The notes beneath the pieces are model-generated. The model searched no databases, had not been told where the DNA came from, and was given only the letters and a program-made list of their open reading frames with translations. Positions 48,101 through 61,582 of a stretch of 64,000 bases of DNA are shown one piece after another. Both the position numbers and the translations under genes were made by a program. This stretch comes from Octopus vulgaris (Eukaryota), in NCBI GenBank assembly GCA_951406725.2, contig OX597818.1, positions 115,320,001 through 115,384,000 on the forward strand. Reading direction: 5' to 3'. Within the stretch, counting starts at the first letter, position 1, and each line of letters starts with the position of its first letter.

Positions 48101-51100
48101 TAGGGGCTGGCAAGCCAGGAGGCCGCACCAGGCTCCAATCTGATCTGGCAGTGTTTCTACAGCACAGGAGCCAGTCAGGCGGCACTGGCATCGGCCACAT
48201 TCGGATGGTGTCTTAGTAAAAGACACACTTGGTGGTCTTTGTTAGTGTTATTATCATTAGCATCCTCTTTTTCTTGCTTGCATGAGTTGGACAGAGTTTA
48301 TTGAGGCAGATTTTCTACTATCAAATGCCCTTCCAGCTGCCCACCACCACCTGTTTCCAAGCAAGGTAATATTTCACCATGGCCTGATATGTTTTTTGCA
48401 GCATATTGAAAATAACACTGCTTGTATGACGGTGACAATCATATACAATTACTGGACAAGGAGACATAAGCATATACACACACTCACAAACACACACGTA
48501 CACATATACACACAGGCTTCCTTCAGTTTCCATCTACCAAATCCCCTCACAAGGCTATGGTCAGCCCAGGGCTATACTAGAAGACACTTGCTCAAGGTGC
48601 CATGCAGTGGAACTGAACCCAGAACCTATGCCTATTATTACTTTATAGTAAAACAAAAAAAAATTTATAATGATGGCATGAATGTTAATTAGGATAAATT
48701 AGAAGTTACATAACATTAACATACATTAGCAACATTGCTGTAATTAAATGAACTTGATTGGGTCAGACAAGGGTTGTTTAGATAGACTTTCTATGACCAG
48801 ATGCTCTTTCTGTTAGAAATCCCCTTCCTGCCTCCCAGCAAAAGATAATATCTGCCCTAATCATTTAACCCTTTAGTGTTCAGGTTATTTTACCAAATGT
48901 AATGTTAATTTATTCATATTGTTTTGAATTAATTATGCATTATCTCTCTTCCTTGAGATTTCAATGATGTGCTTGTTTAATGTAGAATAACATTGTGGGG
49001 TAGGTGTGAGAGCCTGAATCTGGTCTGTTTGAACATAAAACAAATGGAATTTTTGGCTGGATATGGCTGGTTTAAATGCTAAAGGGTTAAATATGTACAG
49101 CTCAGTAGCTGGACATATTTTAACAGATGATTTCTGACAAATGATGCCATTTTATATGAATGGTGGCTTTGTTTACAATCAGTGAGCACATATCAAGACC
49201 AGACTTGCATACACACACACACATGCAGACCCATTTATTCATCAATCTCCAGTGTTATTATATTGTTACTCTCCACCCCCACCCCTTTTTTTCTTTTGTC
49301 TTCTCACTAATCACCTCCTTCCACCTGACCCAATTATATTTCCTCCGCCTTCCCAAATGGTATTCACCACTTCCTGCATTCTTCTCCTCTATCGCCATCT
49401 CTAACCATCTGTCACTCCTTTAATATCTACCTACCCATCCACTCTTGCCCATATCTCTACCCCTATTCTGTTTTACACTGCCCTTCATCATCATCATTGT
49501 TTAATGTTCGCTTTTCATGCTGGCATGGAGTGGACGATTTGAGTGAGGTCTGGCAAGCCAGGAGGCTGCACCAGGCTCCAATCTGATCTGGCAGAGTTTC
49601 TGCAGCTGGATGCCCTTCCTAACACCAACCACTCCAAGAGTGTAGTGGGTGCTTTTTACGTGCCACCAGCTTGGGGGCCAGTTAGGTGGCACTGGCGTCT
49701 ACCATGTTTGAATGATGCTTTTCACATGCCACTGGCATCGATCATGTTTGAATGGTGCTTTTTACGTGCCACTGGCACGGGTACCAATTAGGTGGCACTG
49801 GCATCGACCACATTCAAATGGTGCTTTTTACATTCTACCAGCATGAGTGCCAGTCAGGTGGCACAATAGGTACTGCTGTAGTACACATGCTGCATACATT
49901 CCTACAACGCTGTTTTCTTTACATGCTATAAAGGCAGAAGTAATCTGTAATAAAAATGGCTAGTTTAAATGTGTAAGGCAGATACAGTTCCATTTATGTT
50001 TGTTTAATATATTTTCAGGAAACATGAACGACTGAAAAAGAAGAAACGTAAAGCAGAAGCCGTTGAGAAGGGGCTCGATGTTGGTCCCTCTAGAAAAGCT
50101 TTGAAACAAAATTCCATGAAACAATCCAAATGTCAAATGAAAGTTGTCATTGACTGTTCATTTGATAGTTACATGTCTGAAAAGGTAGGTCTTGCTAATA
50201 TTATCTTTCCAATATTATTAGTGTTATAATTCTAATTTAGTCATTGGTGGTTAGCGTTGGCGGTTGGCATTAAGAAATGGATTAAGAAAGTCAAAGCAAA
50301 CATTGGAGCTTGGCATGGTCTGCTGGCTCTTTGGATTCTATCAAGCTGTCTAATCCATGCCAACATTGGAGATGGACATTAACCCTTTAGCATTCAGATT
50401 ATTCTGTCGAGAGCCTGGTGCAGCCATCTGGTTCGCCAGCCCTCAGTCAAAATCGTCCAACCCATGCTAGCATGGAAAGTGGACGTTAAACGATGATAAT
50501 GATAATAATATTTATTCATTCATATTGTTTTTAGCTAATCATGCATTATTTTGTAGCTTTAAGATTTCGATGATGTTATCACCTGTTTTTAGATTGACAT
50601 TATAGGTTGGTGTGCGATACCAAATCTGGGCAGTTTTAACAGAAAACAGGTAGATTATTTGGGTCGGATATGACCGGTTTAAACACTAAAGGGTTAAATG
50701 ATGGTGCCTGTGCTGGTGGCACGTAAAATGCACCATTTGTGCGTGATCGATGCCAGTGCTGCCTGACTGGCCCCCATGCTAGTGGCACATAAAAAGCACC
50801 CGTTACACTCTTGGAGTGGTTGGCGTTAGGAAGGGCATCCAGCTGTAGAAACCTTGCCTGATCAGACTGGAGCCTGTTGCAGCCGCGTGCCTACCAGTCC
50901 TCAGTCAAACCAGCCAACCCATGCCAGCATGGAAAGCAGACATTAAGCGATGGTGATAAAAGTCGTTTCCATGCATGTAAAGAAAACAGTGTTTTAGGAA
51001 TGTACGTAGCACGTGTACTACAGTAGTACCATGCATACTGGGATTGAAAAGCAGAGGCGAATTATGCATAGTAATCAGAGTCTGAGACCCCCTTCGGTCA

Positions 51101-52612
51101 CGACACAGACCATGGGATTGCACCTAGAAAATTACCCTCCCAGGCACAAGTCCATGGCAGGTTGTGTTTGGAAGTCCAGCAGTCGCCCATGCATACCGGC
51201 CTCTTCTCTCTATGCTACCAGTGTTTTTGAAGGGAAAGGTAAAGGGGCCAATACAGCTTGGCACCTGTGACGTCGCAACTCATTTCTACAGCTGAGTGAA
51301 CTGGAGCAACGTGAAATAAAGCATCTTGCTCAAGAACACAACACGCAGCCCGGTCCGGGATTCAAGCTCACAACCTCACGATTGTAAGCTCAACGTTCTA
51401 ACCACTGAGCCATGCACCTTCACAGTAATCAGAGTAGGCTTCATAATTTTATTGAATTAGGTGCACATTTTGTCATAAAAGGAAAATGTTGCTATCGATC
51501 TATTTTATTCAAAGTAGGCACTGCCTACCTAGGAGGTTTGTCCCTGGTGTATACATATGCATGCGTTGCTATCTCCTTGCTAACAATGTCTTTCATATCC
51601 AATCTTCCATGAAAACATGTCCGGTCTTGGGGAAATATTACCTTCCTTTGAAACAGGTAATGATATGCAACAGGGAGGGCGACTCACTGTAGAAGATCTG
51701 CCTTGATGAAATTCTATCTGACCCATACAACCACAGGCAAGTGGACAGTGATACGGTGGTGATGTAATAACCCTGTTGTCTGCTCCTACCAATTTCTAAT
51801 CTATAATATAAATTAGACATGGGCGATCGTTGTATTCTTTCTTGTCTTGAGGTTCACAGCCAAATGGCTGGGTGGAGTCACGTGAAAAATGGCACACATG
51901 TAAAGACGGCTGCATAGATTGGAATGCAGTTTGTATTTTTTACTCAGCCCACATACTTACCGAGAAAATCGATTAAAACTTGTTCTAATGGAATTCCCCC
52001 TCTTTCTTCTGCCATTAAAACAACCAATTGCGTAAAAGCTGTTTTCTGACGGGGTGGGGTAGGGAAAGTTTCCAACAGCTGGAGGCTCCAATCGAAACAG
52101 GGGACCCAAAATTATAAGGTTGAGAAACGCTGTTATAGATTATGCCTAACCGAAAACGATCACAACCACATCATCCAAACAGACCGAGTGAAACCGGGCT
52201 TAGCTGCTAGTTACTCTTATAATCAGCTAAAAATCCTTGGTTCCTGAAATTGTGCATTTTCCTATATTCGTATTTGTTTCGTTCAATTCCAGGATGTCAT
52301 GAAGCTTGTGAAGCAGTTACAGAGCTGCTACTCACTGAACCGACGAGCTGAGAACCCTCTTCAGGTAATGTCACAATCGTTAAGGGTCATTTACTCGTTT
52401 CAGGCATCATTAGGCTGCGGCCATGCTGGGGCACCGCCTTGAATTTTTAGTCGAATGAAGTAACCCCAGTACTTGCCCTTTTTTTTTTTTTTTTTCTTTT
52501 TAAACTTGATACTTATTCTATCAGTTGCTTTTGCCAAACCGCTAAGCTACAGGAATGTAAACACACAAACACTGGTTGTTAAGTGGTCGTGTGAGACAAA
52601 AACACTCATAGC

Positions 52613-52644
<32 letters not shown>

Positions 52645-55600
52645 TGTATGTAAATATAGATATACATACATATATATATATATCACCGTGACCGACCAGG
52701 CTATCACATGTTGCTACACATCGCTGGTCACAATGCGCTTCACATTGTTTTAGCCTTCAAATGATGCCACCCCACTGGCTACACGTGCAGGCCAACAGAA
52801 GAAAGAGTGAGAGAAAATTGTGGCAAAAGAGTACAGCTGGGATTGCCGGAGCCTCGTGGCGCTTTAGGTGTTTTTGCTCAATAAACACTCACAGCGCCCG
52901 GTCTGGGAATTACGACCGCAAGTCCGCTGCCCTAACCACTGGGCCATTGCACCTCCACACACACACACACATGACCAGCTTCTTACAGTCTCCATCTACC
53001 AAATCCATTTACAAGGCTTTGGTTGACCTGAAATTACAAAAGGCACCAGCTCAAGATGCCACGCAGTGGGACTGAACTCTGGACCATCTGGTTGGGAGAC
53101 AAGCTTATCAGTGTCGCAGTCTTCCTTGTTACTATTTCTCATATGCTTCCTTTTCTGGTGCCTCCTTACGACCCTCCCCCCTCCCAATCTGCTGCATATC
53201 GCCTTTCCTCATCATGTGGGCCTTACCAATGGCAATTGTTATTTTGATACTGACTTCTTAAATGACAAAGGCTTTTCTTACGCAGACTTCTTCCTTAAAC
53301 AAACACTCAAGGAAGCTGCTGTGGCACGTAAAAAGCACCATCTGAACATGGCCGATGCCAGCGCCACCTAGACTGGCTTCTGTGCCGGTGGCACGTAAAA
53401 AGCACCATCCGAATCGTGGCTCATGCCAGCGCCGCCTTGACTAGCTTTTGTGCCAGTGGCATGTAAAATGCACCAATCTGATTGTGGCCGTTGCCAGCCT
53501 CGCCTGGCACCTGTGCAGGTGGCACGTAAAAAGCACCCACTACATTCACCGAGTGGTTGGTATTAGGAAGGGCATCGAGCTGTAGAAACACTGTCTGATC
53601 AAACTGAAGCCTGGTGCAGCCTCCTGGCTTCTCAGACACCGGTCGAACCATCCAACCCATGCTAGCATGGGGAACGGACGTTAAACGATGATGATGAAGA
53701 TTTCAGCTGTTTTGTAGAGACATGAAAACAGTTCATTCCTAACATTCTCATTTGGTTATCCTCTCTCTTACAGCTCTACATTTGTGGATGCAGTGGCAAG
53801 ACTCAGGAAAGATTAGACAACATCGGTGACTGCAGCAGATGGGATGTAAGCCAACACGATTATCGATTTGTTTCTTGTGTTTCTTTTTCTTTTTTTTAAT
53901 TTTTAGAGGTATCTATGTGATAGGCACCTTATAGCAATAATGACATCTAGGGAGAAATGGGAAAACTGCACTGTGTCAGAAGAAGTTACTTATGACATAA
54001 TGTGTATGTTTGGTTGTGTCTGTCTAAGACTTGGAGATCTCTCTGCAAATGTCCCTGTCAAGAATGGAAGCACATTTCACTCAATCACCTCTGCCTGGTG
54101 AGATGTGTGCAGGGGTCGTCTGTTTTTAACACTCTGTAAAGAGTTTTGGCACTAAAAACAGCTTTATATAAGGCACAAAGAGAAGATACTAGAAAATTGA
54201 ATCAAGCAATGGTTTAACACTGTTTGGTTGCTTAATGGACCGATCAAATGAAACTACTGTGGTTGGCTCATAATATCTGTCAGTGTATCTAGAGATTCGG
54301 TTTCGAAAAGAATGTTGATGGCAACAGTTTTCGGTATGCAAGCCATTCAGAAAGTCCTGCAGTCTACAATTTTTCCATGACTGTTATATTGTCTAAAATT
54401 ATTCTTTTTGTATTCTTTAATGAAATTTAATCTCTATGGATTGAGCCAAGTCCTTGGAACTCACTATTCACAAATGTTAATAAAGCTATACAAGGGAAAT
54501 AACCCTTGTCACTGTTCTGTAAATGCTTGACTTTGATAAAAAAATTTCTTTACTGTATCTCTTTGTGAAGATACATTCCTTAATTTTAATCAAGTAAATT
54601 TGAGTTTTGCTAAAGTTACAATGTACTTACTTTGAAATTACTATTTTCATTTGTGGTCACTTAGAACTTAGTTTTCCCATAGATGGCGCTCCTAAGTTAA
54701 TGATATATTCAGAAATGGAATCTACATTTCTTACCTCAAACTTACATCAACTTGAGTCTTCTTCACCTTTACATTTTCTGTTGTTTCTTTATTTTTTTTT
54801 TAAGAAGTTAATGGAAAAAATAAACCTCAACTTCACTTGATTTAGGTCGATCTTAGCAAATGTAATTAAAAGACCTAAAAAGAAATATTGAAGTGATCGA
54901 TGCCAGGCCTGCCAGACTAGTTCTTGTGCTGATGGTGCATAAAAAGCACCCACTACACTTTCAGAGTGGTTGGCATTAGGAAGGGCATCCAGCTACATTG
55001 CCAGATCAGATTAGAGCCTGGTGCAGCTGCTGGCTCTCCATACCTCAGTCAAACCGTCCAACCCATGCCAGCATGGAAAACAGACGTTAAACAATGATTA
55101 CTTTTATACAAATGATAAGTAAATGAATAATATCGAAAGCAAGACATTTTCAAGTATTTTATTTGGGCAATTAAGTACTTTTTATATTAATTAATAACTT
55201 CTTTGATTTTTTTTTTTTTTTTTTTTTTTGAGAAAGCATTTTGGTATCAGGCTCTACCATAACAGTTCTTAGTTTCAATTGGTCCTCTCAACTGTGTTCT
55301 TGGCGAATTCTTGATTTGCGTCAAGTATGGGAATGTAGATTCACAATGGTATGTTGAAGAAAAGTAGGGAATTAGTCAGCATGCATGTTCATGAAGACAA
55401 AGATATTCTATCACATTTTTCCAAATTTCAATTGGATTTCCCCTCTAGTCAAACAGAGATTTCAGGATATTACCTTCAGACATTTCAATAAGCTCCATTT
55501 GTAACTCTGATACATTAACTAGGTGAAGCTGAAAAGCAAGTTATGTTTTTCAAAATCATTGTATCTTTTATTATAGTCTTCTATTAATGATTCTAAAACT

Positions 55601-58600
55601 GACATATATTCTTCAAAAGATTCATAGATATCTTCATTTTCACTCATTACCTTTGTAAGCTGAGGAAAGTGTTCTTCTGAAAGTTTTGATTGAGCCAAAA
55701 GGATCCTGAAAAACGACTATTTTTTTGAAATGCCCAACTTCTTTGCCACCTTAAATAAATACATTTATTTTTGCGTTGCAGTGAAATGTTTTACTCATTT
55801 TATTTTGACATCACATATAAATGCAACATTCCTTTCATCTATGTGTATTGTAAGTTTAGGGCATATAATGATTTTAGACAAAAAATTTTCAATGTCAAAG
55901 CAGAAAGAAAATATACCGATGGATGCAGACGGCTGCACTGGGAGGCCACAGGTCCCCATTTCTGGGTTAGACAGTTTGGCCGAAACTGGTAAGCCAGAGA
56001 GCTATACCAGGTTCCAGTCTGATTTTGGCTTGGTTTCCACAGCTGGGTGCCCTTCCTAATGTCAGCCACTCCAAGTGTAGTGCTGCCTTTTACGTGTCAC
56101 TGGCCATAACTACGATTGTTACCAAAAGCAAAGTCTATTTCAAAAACAAAAATGCAAAAGTGGAAAAAAATCAAAAATTGTTTACTTTTTTTTTTTTAGG
56201 TGAACTTCTCTCCTGAAAAGTACAGTGAATTGTTTGACAAAAGCTCTCTTATTTATTTGTCTAGTGAATCAGACAATGTCTTAGATGACCTTCAAGAAGA
56301 CAAAGTCTATGTGATCGGAGGTCTTGTGGACCACAACCATTATAAGGTAAGGGAACAATACTTTCCATGACATTGATCTATCTTGATTCTTGCCTCGGCT
56401 GATGGACAGGCATTTTTTCCCCTCTTCTTTTATACCATAGTTTTCAGGCAAATGTAGTCTTCTCTAGCCTTAGGCTGATAAAAGCCTTGTGAATGAATTA
56501 GGCAGACAGTCTTCCTTCAGTTTCTATCATGTGTGTATGTATGTATGTATATACATATATTTGTGTGTGTGTGTGTATCAAGGATTAAAAAGAAAGAATA
56601 TATATTTCTTTATTGCCCACAAGGCACTAAACATAGAGGGGACAAACAAGGACAGACAAAGGGATTAAGTTGATTACATCAACCCCTGTGCGAAACTGGT
56701 ACTTTGTTTATCGACCCCAAAAGGATGAAAGGCAAAGTCGACCTCAGGGGAATTTCAACTCAGAATGTAACGACAGACGAAATACCGCTAATCATTTCGC
56801 CTGGCGTGCTAACGTGTCTGCCAGCTCGCCGCCTTATTAAACAGAAAGACTATAAGGAGAAGAGTTTAGCTCATCAGCAGGATTTGATAAGATAGTGTGT
56901 AAATGTAAACAATCAAACATTCTTACTATGTTGACTTGTATTCCAGAAAATATGGCATTTCATAGAAATATCCTCATTTTCACCAATGTTTCATTTTGCA
57001 GTCATTACTTGGGACAGGACTATAAAAGTTGGATGGAGTTTTTATTTACATTATAGTTTTTTGTTTTGTTTGTGTGTCTCAGTTAACTTTTTCACAATTT
57101 GTTATTTTGTTCCAGGGTCTTTGCCATCGTCTGGCAGTGGACGCCGACATCTCTCATGCCCAACTCCCCATATCACAGTATTTAGAAATGAAGTCCAGGA
57201 AGGTGCTCACAGTGAACCACGGTACGTCTAGCCCTACGTTAGTCCTTTACTGAACCCACTTTACATTCATCATCATCGTCGTTTAACGTCCGCTTTCCAC
57301 ATGGTTCCCGGTTCAGTCACACTGCATGGCACCTTGGGCAAGTGTCTTCTATAGCCTTGGGCAGACCAAAGCCTTGTGAGTGGATTTGGTAGGCAGAAAC
57401 CGAAAGAAGCCTGCCATATATGTATGTATATATATATATATATGTGTATGTGCATGTATATATATATGTGTATGTGCATGTATATATATATATGTATGTG
57501 CATGTATATATATATATGTATGTGCATGTATATATATATATGTATGTGCATGTATATATATATATATATGTGCATGTATATATATATATATATATGTGCA
57601 TGTATGTATATATATATATATGTGCATGTATGTATATATATATATATGTGTATGTATATATATATATATATATGTGCATGTATATATATATATATATGTG
57701 CATGTATATATATATATATATATGTGCATATATATATATATATATGTGCATGTATATATATATATATATATGTATGTATATATATATATATATGTGTATA
57801 TATATATATATATATGTGTATATATATATATATATATATGTTTCATTTTGCAGTCATTACTTGGGACAGGACTATAAAAGTTGGATGGAGTTTTTATTTA
57901 CATTATAGTTTTTTGTTTTGTTTGTGTGTCTCAGTTAACTTTTTCACAATTTGTTATTTTGTTCCAGGGTCTTTGCCATCGTCTGGCAGTGGACGCCGAC
58001 ATCTCTCATGCCCAACTCCCCATATCACAGTATTTAGAAATGAAGTCCAGGAAGGTGCTCACAGTGAACCACGGTACGTCTAGCCCTACGTTAGTCCTTT
58101 ACTGAACCCACTTTACATTCATCATCATCGTCGTTTAACGTCCGCTTTCCACATGGTTCCCGGTTCAGTCACACTGCATGGCACCTTGGGCAAGTGTCTT
58201 CTATAGCCTTGGGCAGACCAAAGCCTTGTGAGTGGATTTGGTAGGCAGAAACCGAAAGAAGCCTGTCATATATATGTGTATATATGTATGTATATATATA
58301 TATATATGTGTATATATGTATGTGTATGTATATATATATATGTATGTGTATGTATATATATATATATATGTGTATGTATATATATATATATATGTGTATG
58401 TATATATATATATGTGTATGTATATATATATATATGTGTATATATATATGTATATATATATATATATATATATGTGTATGTATATATATATATATATGTG
58501 TATGTATATATATATATGTGTGTATGTATATATATATATATGTGTGTATGTATATATATGTATGTGTATGTATATATATATGTATGTATGTATGTATATA

Positions 58601-61448
58601 TATGTGTATGTATATATATATATATATGTGTGTGTGTATGTATGTGTGTGTGTATGTATGTATGTGTGTATGTATGTGTGTGTATGTATGTGTGTGTATG
58701 TATGTATGTGTGTGTATGTATGTGTGTGTGTATGTATGTGTGTATGTATGTATGTATGTGTATGTATGTATGTATGTGTATGTATGTATATATGTGTGTG
58801 TATGTATGTATACTCTTTTACTCTTTTCAGTCATTTGACTGCAGCCATGCTGGAGAACCGCCTTTAATCGAGCAACTCGACCCCGGGACTTATTCTTTGT
58901 AAGCTCAGTACTTATTCTATCAGTCTCTCTTGCCGAACCGCTAAGTTACGGAGACATAAACACACCAGCATCAGTTGTCAAGCAATGCTAGGGGGACAGA
59001 CACACAAACATATACACACACATATATATATACGACGGGCTTCTTTCAGTTTCCGTCTGCCAAATCCACTCACAAGGCTTTGGTTGACCTGAGACTATAG
59101 TAGAAGACACTTGCCCAAGGTGCCACGCAGTGGGACTGAACCCGGAACCATGTGGTTGGTAAGCAAGCGCCTTACCACACAGCCACTCCTACGCATGTAT
59201 ATGTTATGTATGTATGTGTATGCATGTGTGTGTGTATGTATGTATGTATGTGCGTGTATGCATGTGTCTATGTGTACGTATGTATGCATGTGTATGTGTG
59301 CGCGTGTGTATGCATATGTGTGTGTGCGTGTATGTATATGCGTGTATGTATATGCATGTGTGCGTATGCGTGTGTATATGTATGTATATATATGTGTGTA
59401 TATATATGTGTATGTTTATGTGTATATGTATGTATATATGTACATGTGTGTATATGTTTGTGTGTCTGTTTTTCCTCCCAACATCTCTTGACAACTGATG
59501 CTAGTGTCTTTACGTCCCCCATAACTTAGTGGTTCAGCAAGAAGGCCTGATAGAATAAGTACTAGGCTTCCAAGGAATAACTCCTGGGGTCAATTTACTC
59601 GACTAAAAGCAGTGCTCCAGCATTTGCTACAGTCAAATGACTGAAACAAGTAAAAGAATAAAGATTAAAGAGTAACATCTTTTTGACCCATTAATAAAAG
59701 GTCCCTTTCTAGAAAGGATCTTCCATTTGATGTTGTAGTTGATTGCATCTTTACAGATTAATGGCAAGTGTTCAAAACTATGCCTTTTCACATTCAATAT
59801 AAGAATAATTCCATTCAAAATGAGAATGAAAAATACTGTTTTGCTTTAATTATTTATCACTAATAATAAACATCTCATTTTATTCACTATGTAATATGAA
59901 TTATGGAAATAAATAATATATAAACTTAGTGAATAAATTGATAATGAATGGAACGATAAACACAAAAATCTGTTTATTTTTTGTGGTACATAAATAAAGC
60001 AGAAAATACTGTATTTCTTATTCTGATTCTTAATAGAATTATTCCATTTTTGATGGAACTATCCATATTGAATGTGAAATGGTACAGTGCTTCATTGATT
60101 TGGGAACAGAATACTAAATTGTATATTCAGGACCAACTGACTGGCCCCTGTGCCAGTGGCACATAAAAAGCACTATCCGAACGTGATCAATGCCAGGCCT
60201 GCCTGACTGGCTTCTGTGCCAGTGGCACAAAGAGCACCCACTACTCTCTCTGGGTGGTTGGTGTTAGGAAGGACATCCAGCTGTAGAAACACTGCCAGAT
60301 CAGGCTGGCTCTCCAGACCTCAGTCAAACCGTCCAACCCATGCCAGCATAAAAAACAGACATTAAACGATGATGGTGATGACATAAGCTGTATGGAACAA
60401 AGTGCCAAGCTTTATTTCAGGAGATCCCTAGAGTATAGAACTTTATTCAAGAGGTTTTCCTCTTTCATTACTTAAACACATTGAAATAAGGAAATTGAAC
60501 AACACTAAGCATTTATATAATTTGTGAAAGCTAAACTATTATAATTCTTTATCATCATCATCATCATTATCATTCAGCGTCTGTTTTCCATGCTGGCATG
60601 GGTTTGACAGGAGCTGGAATGGCCAAGCAGGAGCCACACCAAGTTCCAGTGTCCGTTTTGGCATTGTTTCTAGGAAGGGCATCCAGCTGTTAAAACCATC
60701 TCCAGACTTTACCAGTTCCTGTTAAACTGTTTAACCCATGCCAGCATGGAAAATAGAAGCTAAATGATGATACTCTTTTACTTGTTTCAGTCATTTGATT
60801 GTGGCCATGCTGGAGCACCGCCTTTAGTCGAGCAAATCGCCCCCAGGACTTATTCTTTGTAAGCCTAGTACTTATTCTATCGGTCTCTTCTTGCCGAACC
60901 GCTAAGTTACGGGGACATAAACATACCAGCATCGGTTATCAAGCGATGTTGGGAGGACAAACACAGACACACAAACATATACACACACATTCATATATAC
61001 GACAGGCTTCTTTCAGTTTCCGTCTACCAAATCCACTCACAAGGGTTTGGTCGGCCCGAGGCTATAGTAGAAGACACTTGCCCAAGGTGCTATGCAGTGG
61101 GACTGAACCCAGAGCCATGTGGTTTGTAAGCAATCTACTTACCACAGAGCCACTCCTACACCTGATGATGTTGATAACTTGTGCACCTTCTATATTATTA
61201 GATTAACAGATTTTTTTTTTTTTTTTACAGTATTTGAGATTCTTCTGCAATATACCAAGACTAAAGATTGGAGCAAATCTCTGTTCCAAGTAATTCCTGG
61301 AAGAAAGGGCGTCAAGTGTTTGACCAATGAAAGTTCCAGGGACGAAACGGAAGCTGACGCTAACATGAAAGCAGATTGTGATAAAACAGATAAAACGCCT
61401 GATTCTGAATCAACCAAAGATGAAGAACCAACTCAGATGAAAAGTTAA
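44960..61448 (+). CDS. TRMT10A: tRNA (guanine-N1)-methyltransferase TRM10 homolog A; join(44960..45141,50019..50184,52293..52364,53774..53845,56200..56346,57116..57221 [or 57968..58073],61231..61448), 320 aa
   Basis: All introns GT-AG with consistent phases (2,0,0,0,0,1), 963 nt open. Hallmark TRM10/SPOUT motifs: [84 protein letters not shown]. Confidence 0.95.
45205..45946 (-). mobile_element. Two CR1-like LINE 3' ends in TRMT10A intron 1 (45205-45530, 45638-45946)
   Basis: Both copies share ATGAAATTAT.GTATACAGTGCTCAGGTGC...GTCATGGGAGCTG...ATGTCCACGGGT. Confidence 0.75.
46523..46892 (+). mobile_element. SINE family A
   Basis: Homology to 23391-23826. Confidence 0.85.
49486..49865 (-). mobile_element. 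SINE-like family D (internal GTGGCACGTAAAAAGCACC tandem units, (GAT)n tail)
   Basis: Copies at ~48070, 50410, 50705-50955, 53315-53697, 54890-55100, 55965, 60130-60380, 60553-60770, 61825-62080, 63745-64000. Confidence 0.75.
50019..50184 (+). CDS. TRMT10A: TRMT10A exon 2
   Basis: TTTTCAG|G...[15 protein letters not shown]|GTAGG. Confidence 0.93.
52293..52364 (+). CDS. TRMT10A: TRMT10A exon 3
   Basis: TTCCAG|[24 protein letters not shown]|GTAAT. Confidence 0.93.
53315..53697 (+). mobile_element. SINE-like family D
   Basis: Tandem GGCACGTAAAAAGCACC units then AGGAAGGGCATC...CCAACCCATGCTAGCATGG...TTAAACGATGATGATG. Confidence 0.75.
53774..53845 (+). CDS. TRMT10A: TRMT10A exon 4
   Basis: TTACAG|[24 protein letters not shown]|GTAAG. 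Confidence 0.9.
56200..56346 (+). CDS. TRMT10A: TRMT10A exon 5
   Basis: poly-T AG|[12 protein letters not shown]...[13 protein letters not shown]|GTAAG. Confidence 0.95.
56605..56835 (-). mobile_element. SINE family B
   Basis: Homology to 4644-4870. Confidence 0.75.
57116..57221 (+). CDS. TRMT10A: TRMT10A exon 6, copy a
   Basis: TTCCAG|[36 protein letters not shown]|GTACG. Confidence 0.9.
57417..57840. repeat. Complex (TA)/(TG)/TGCA microsatellite
   Basis: Direct reading; source of spurious YI/CV-rich ORFs. Confidence 0.95.
57968..58073 (+). CDS. TRMT10A: TRMT10A exon 6, copy b (identical duplicate)
   Basis: Identical to 57116-57221 including splice sites; offset 852 bp. Confidence 0.75.
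58268..58810. repeat. Complex (TA)/(TG)/(TATG) microsatellite
   Basis: Direct reading. Confidence 0.95.
58811..59194 (-). mobile_element. SINE family A, full length, nested inverted in another family A copy
   Basis: Plus-strand head at 58148-58268 and tail at 59455-59670 flank it. Confidence 0.8.
59675..59800 (-). mobile_element. Penelope-like GIY-YIG endonuclease C-terminal relic
   Basis: RHSFEH...[26 protein letters not shown] resembles the PLE Y.IKW.IL...PY....KRC.LC motif. Confidence 0.5.
60771..61158 (-). mobile_element. SINE family A, full length
   Basis: Homology to 23391-23826. Confidence 0.85.
61231..61448 (+). CDS. TRMT10A: TRMT10A exon 7 (last coding)
   Basis: poly-T ACAG|(V)[26 protein letters not shown]...TAA. 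Confidence 0.93.
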
Positions 61449-61576
61449 TCTAGAAGAAAATAAAAAACACTTTTCTGTATAAAAAAAAAAAATATTTTTA
61501 TGCCTATTTTTGCTTGTTCTTATTTTAAAGGAATTTGTGCATTTATGTAAAATCTACAGACATTTATTTTATGTAC

Positions 61577-61582
61577 AATAAA
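61577..61582 (+). terminator. Candidate polyadenylation signal for TRMT10A
   Basis: AATAAA ~130 nt after the stop (another at 61459-61464). Confidence 0.4.

Noticed and set aside
57273-59529. Numerous long ORFs rich in YI/CV/HT
   Set aside because: Translations of (TA)n/(TG)n/(CATA)n microsatellites, which lack stop codons; same for 11.8, 15.5, 19.7, 30.6 and 41.4 kb
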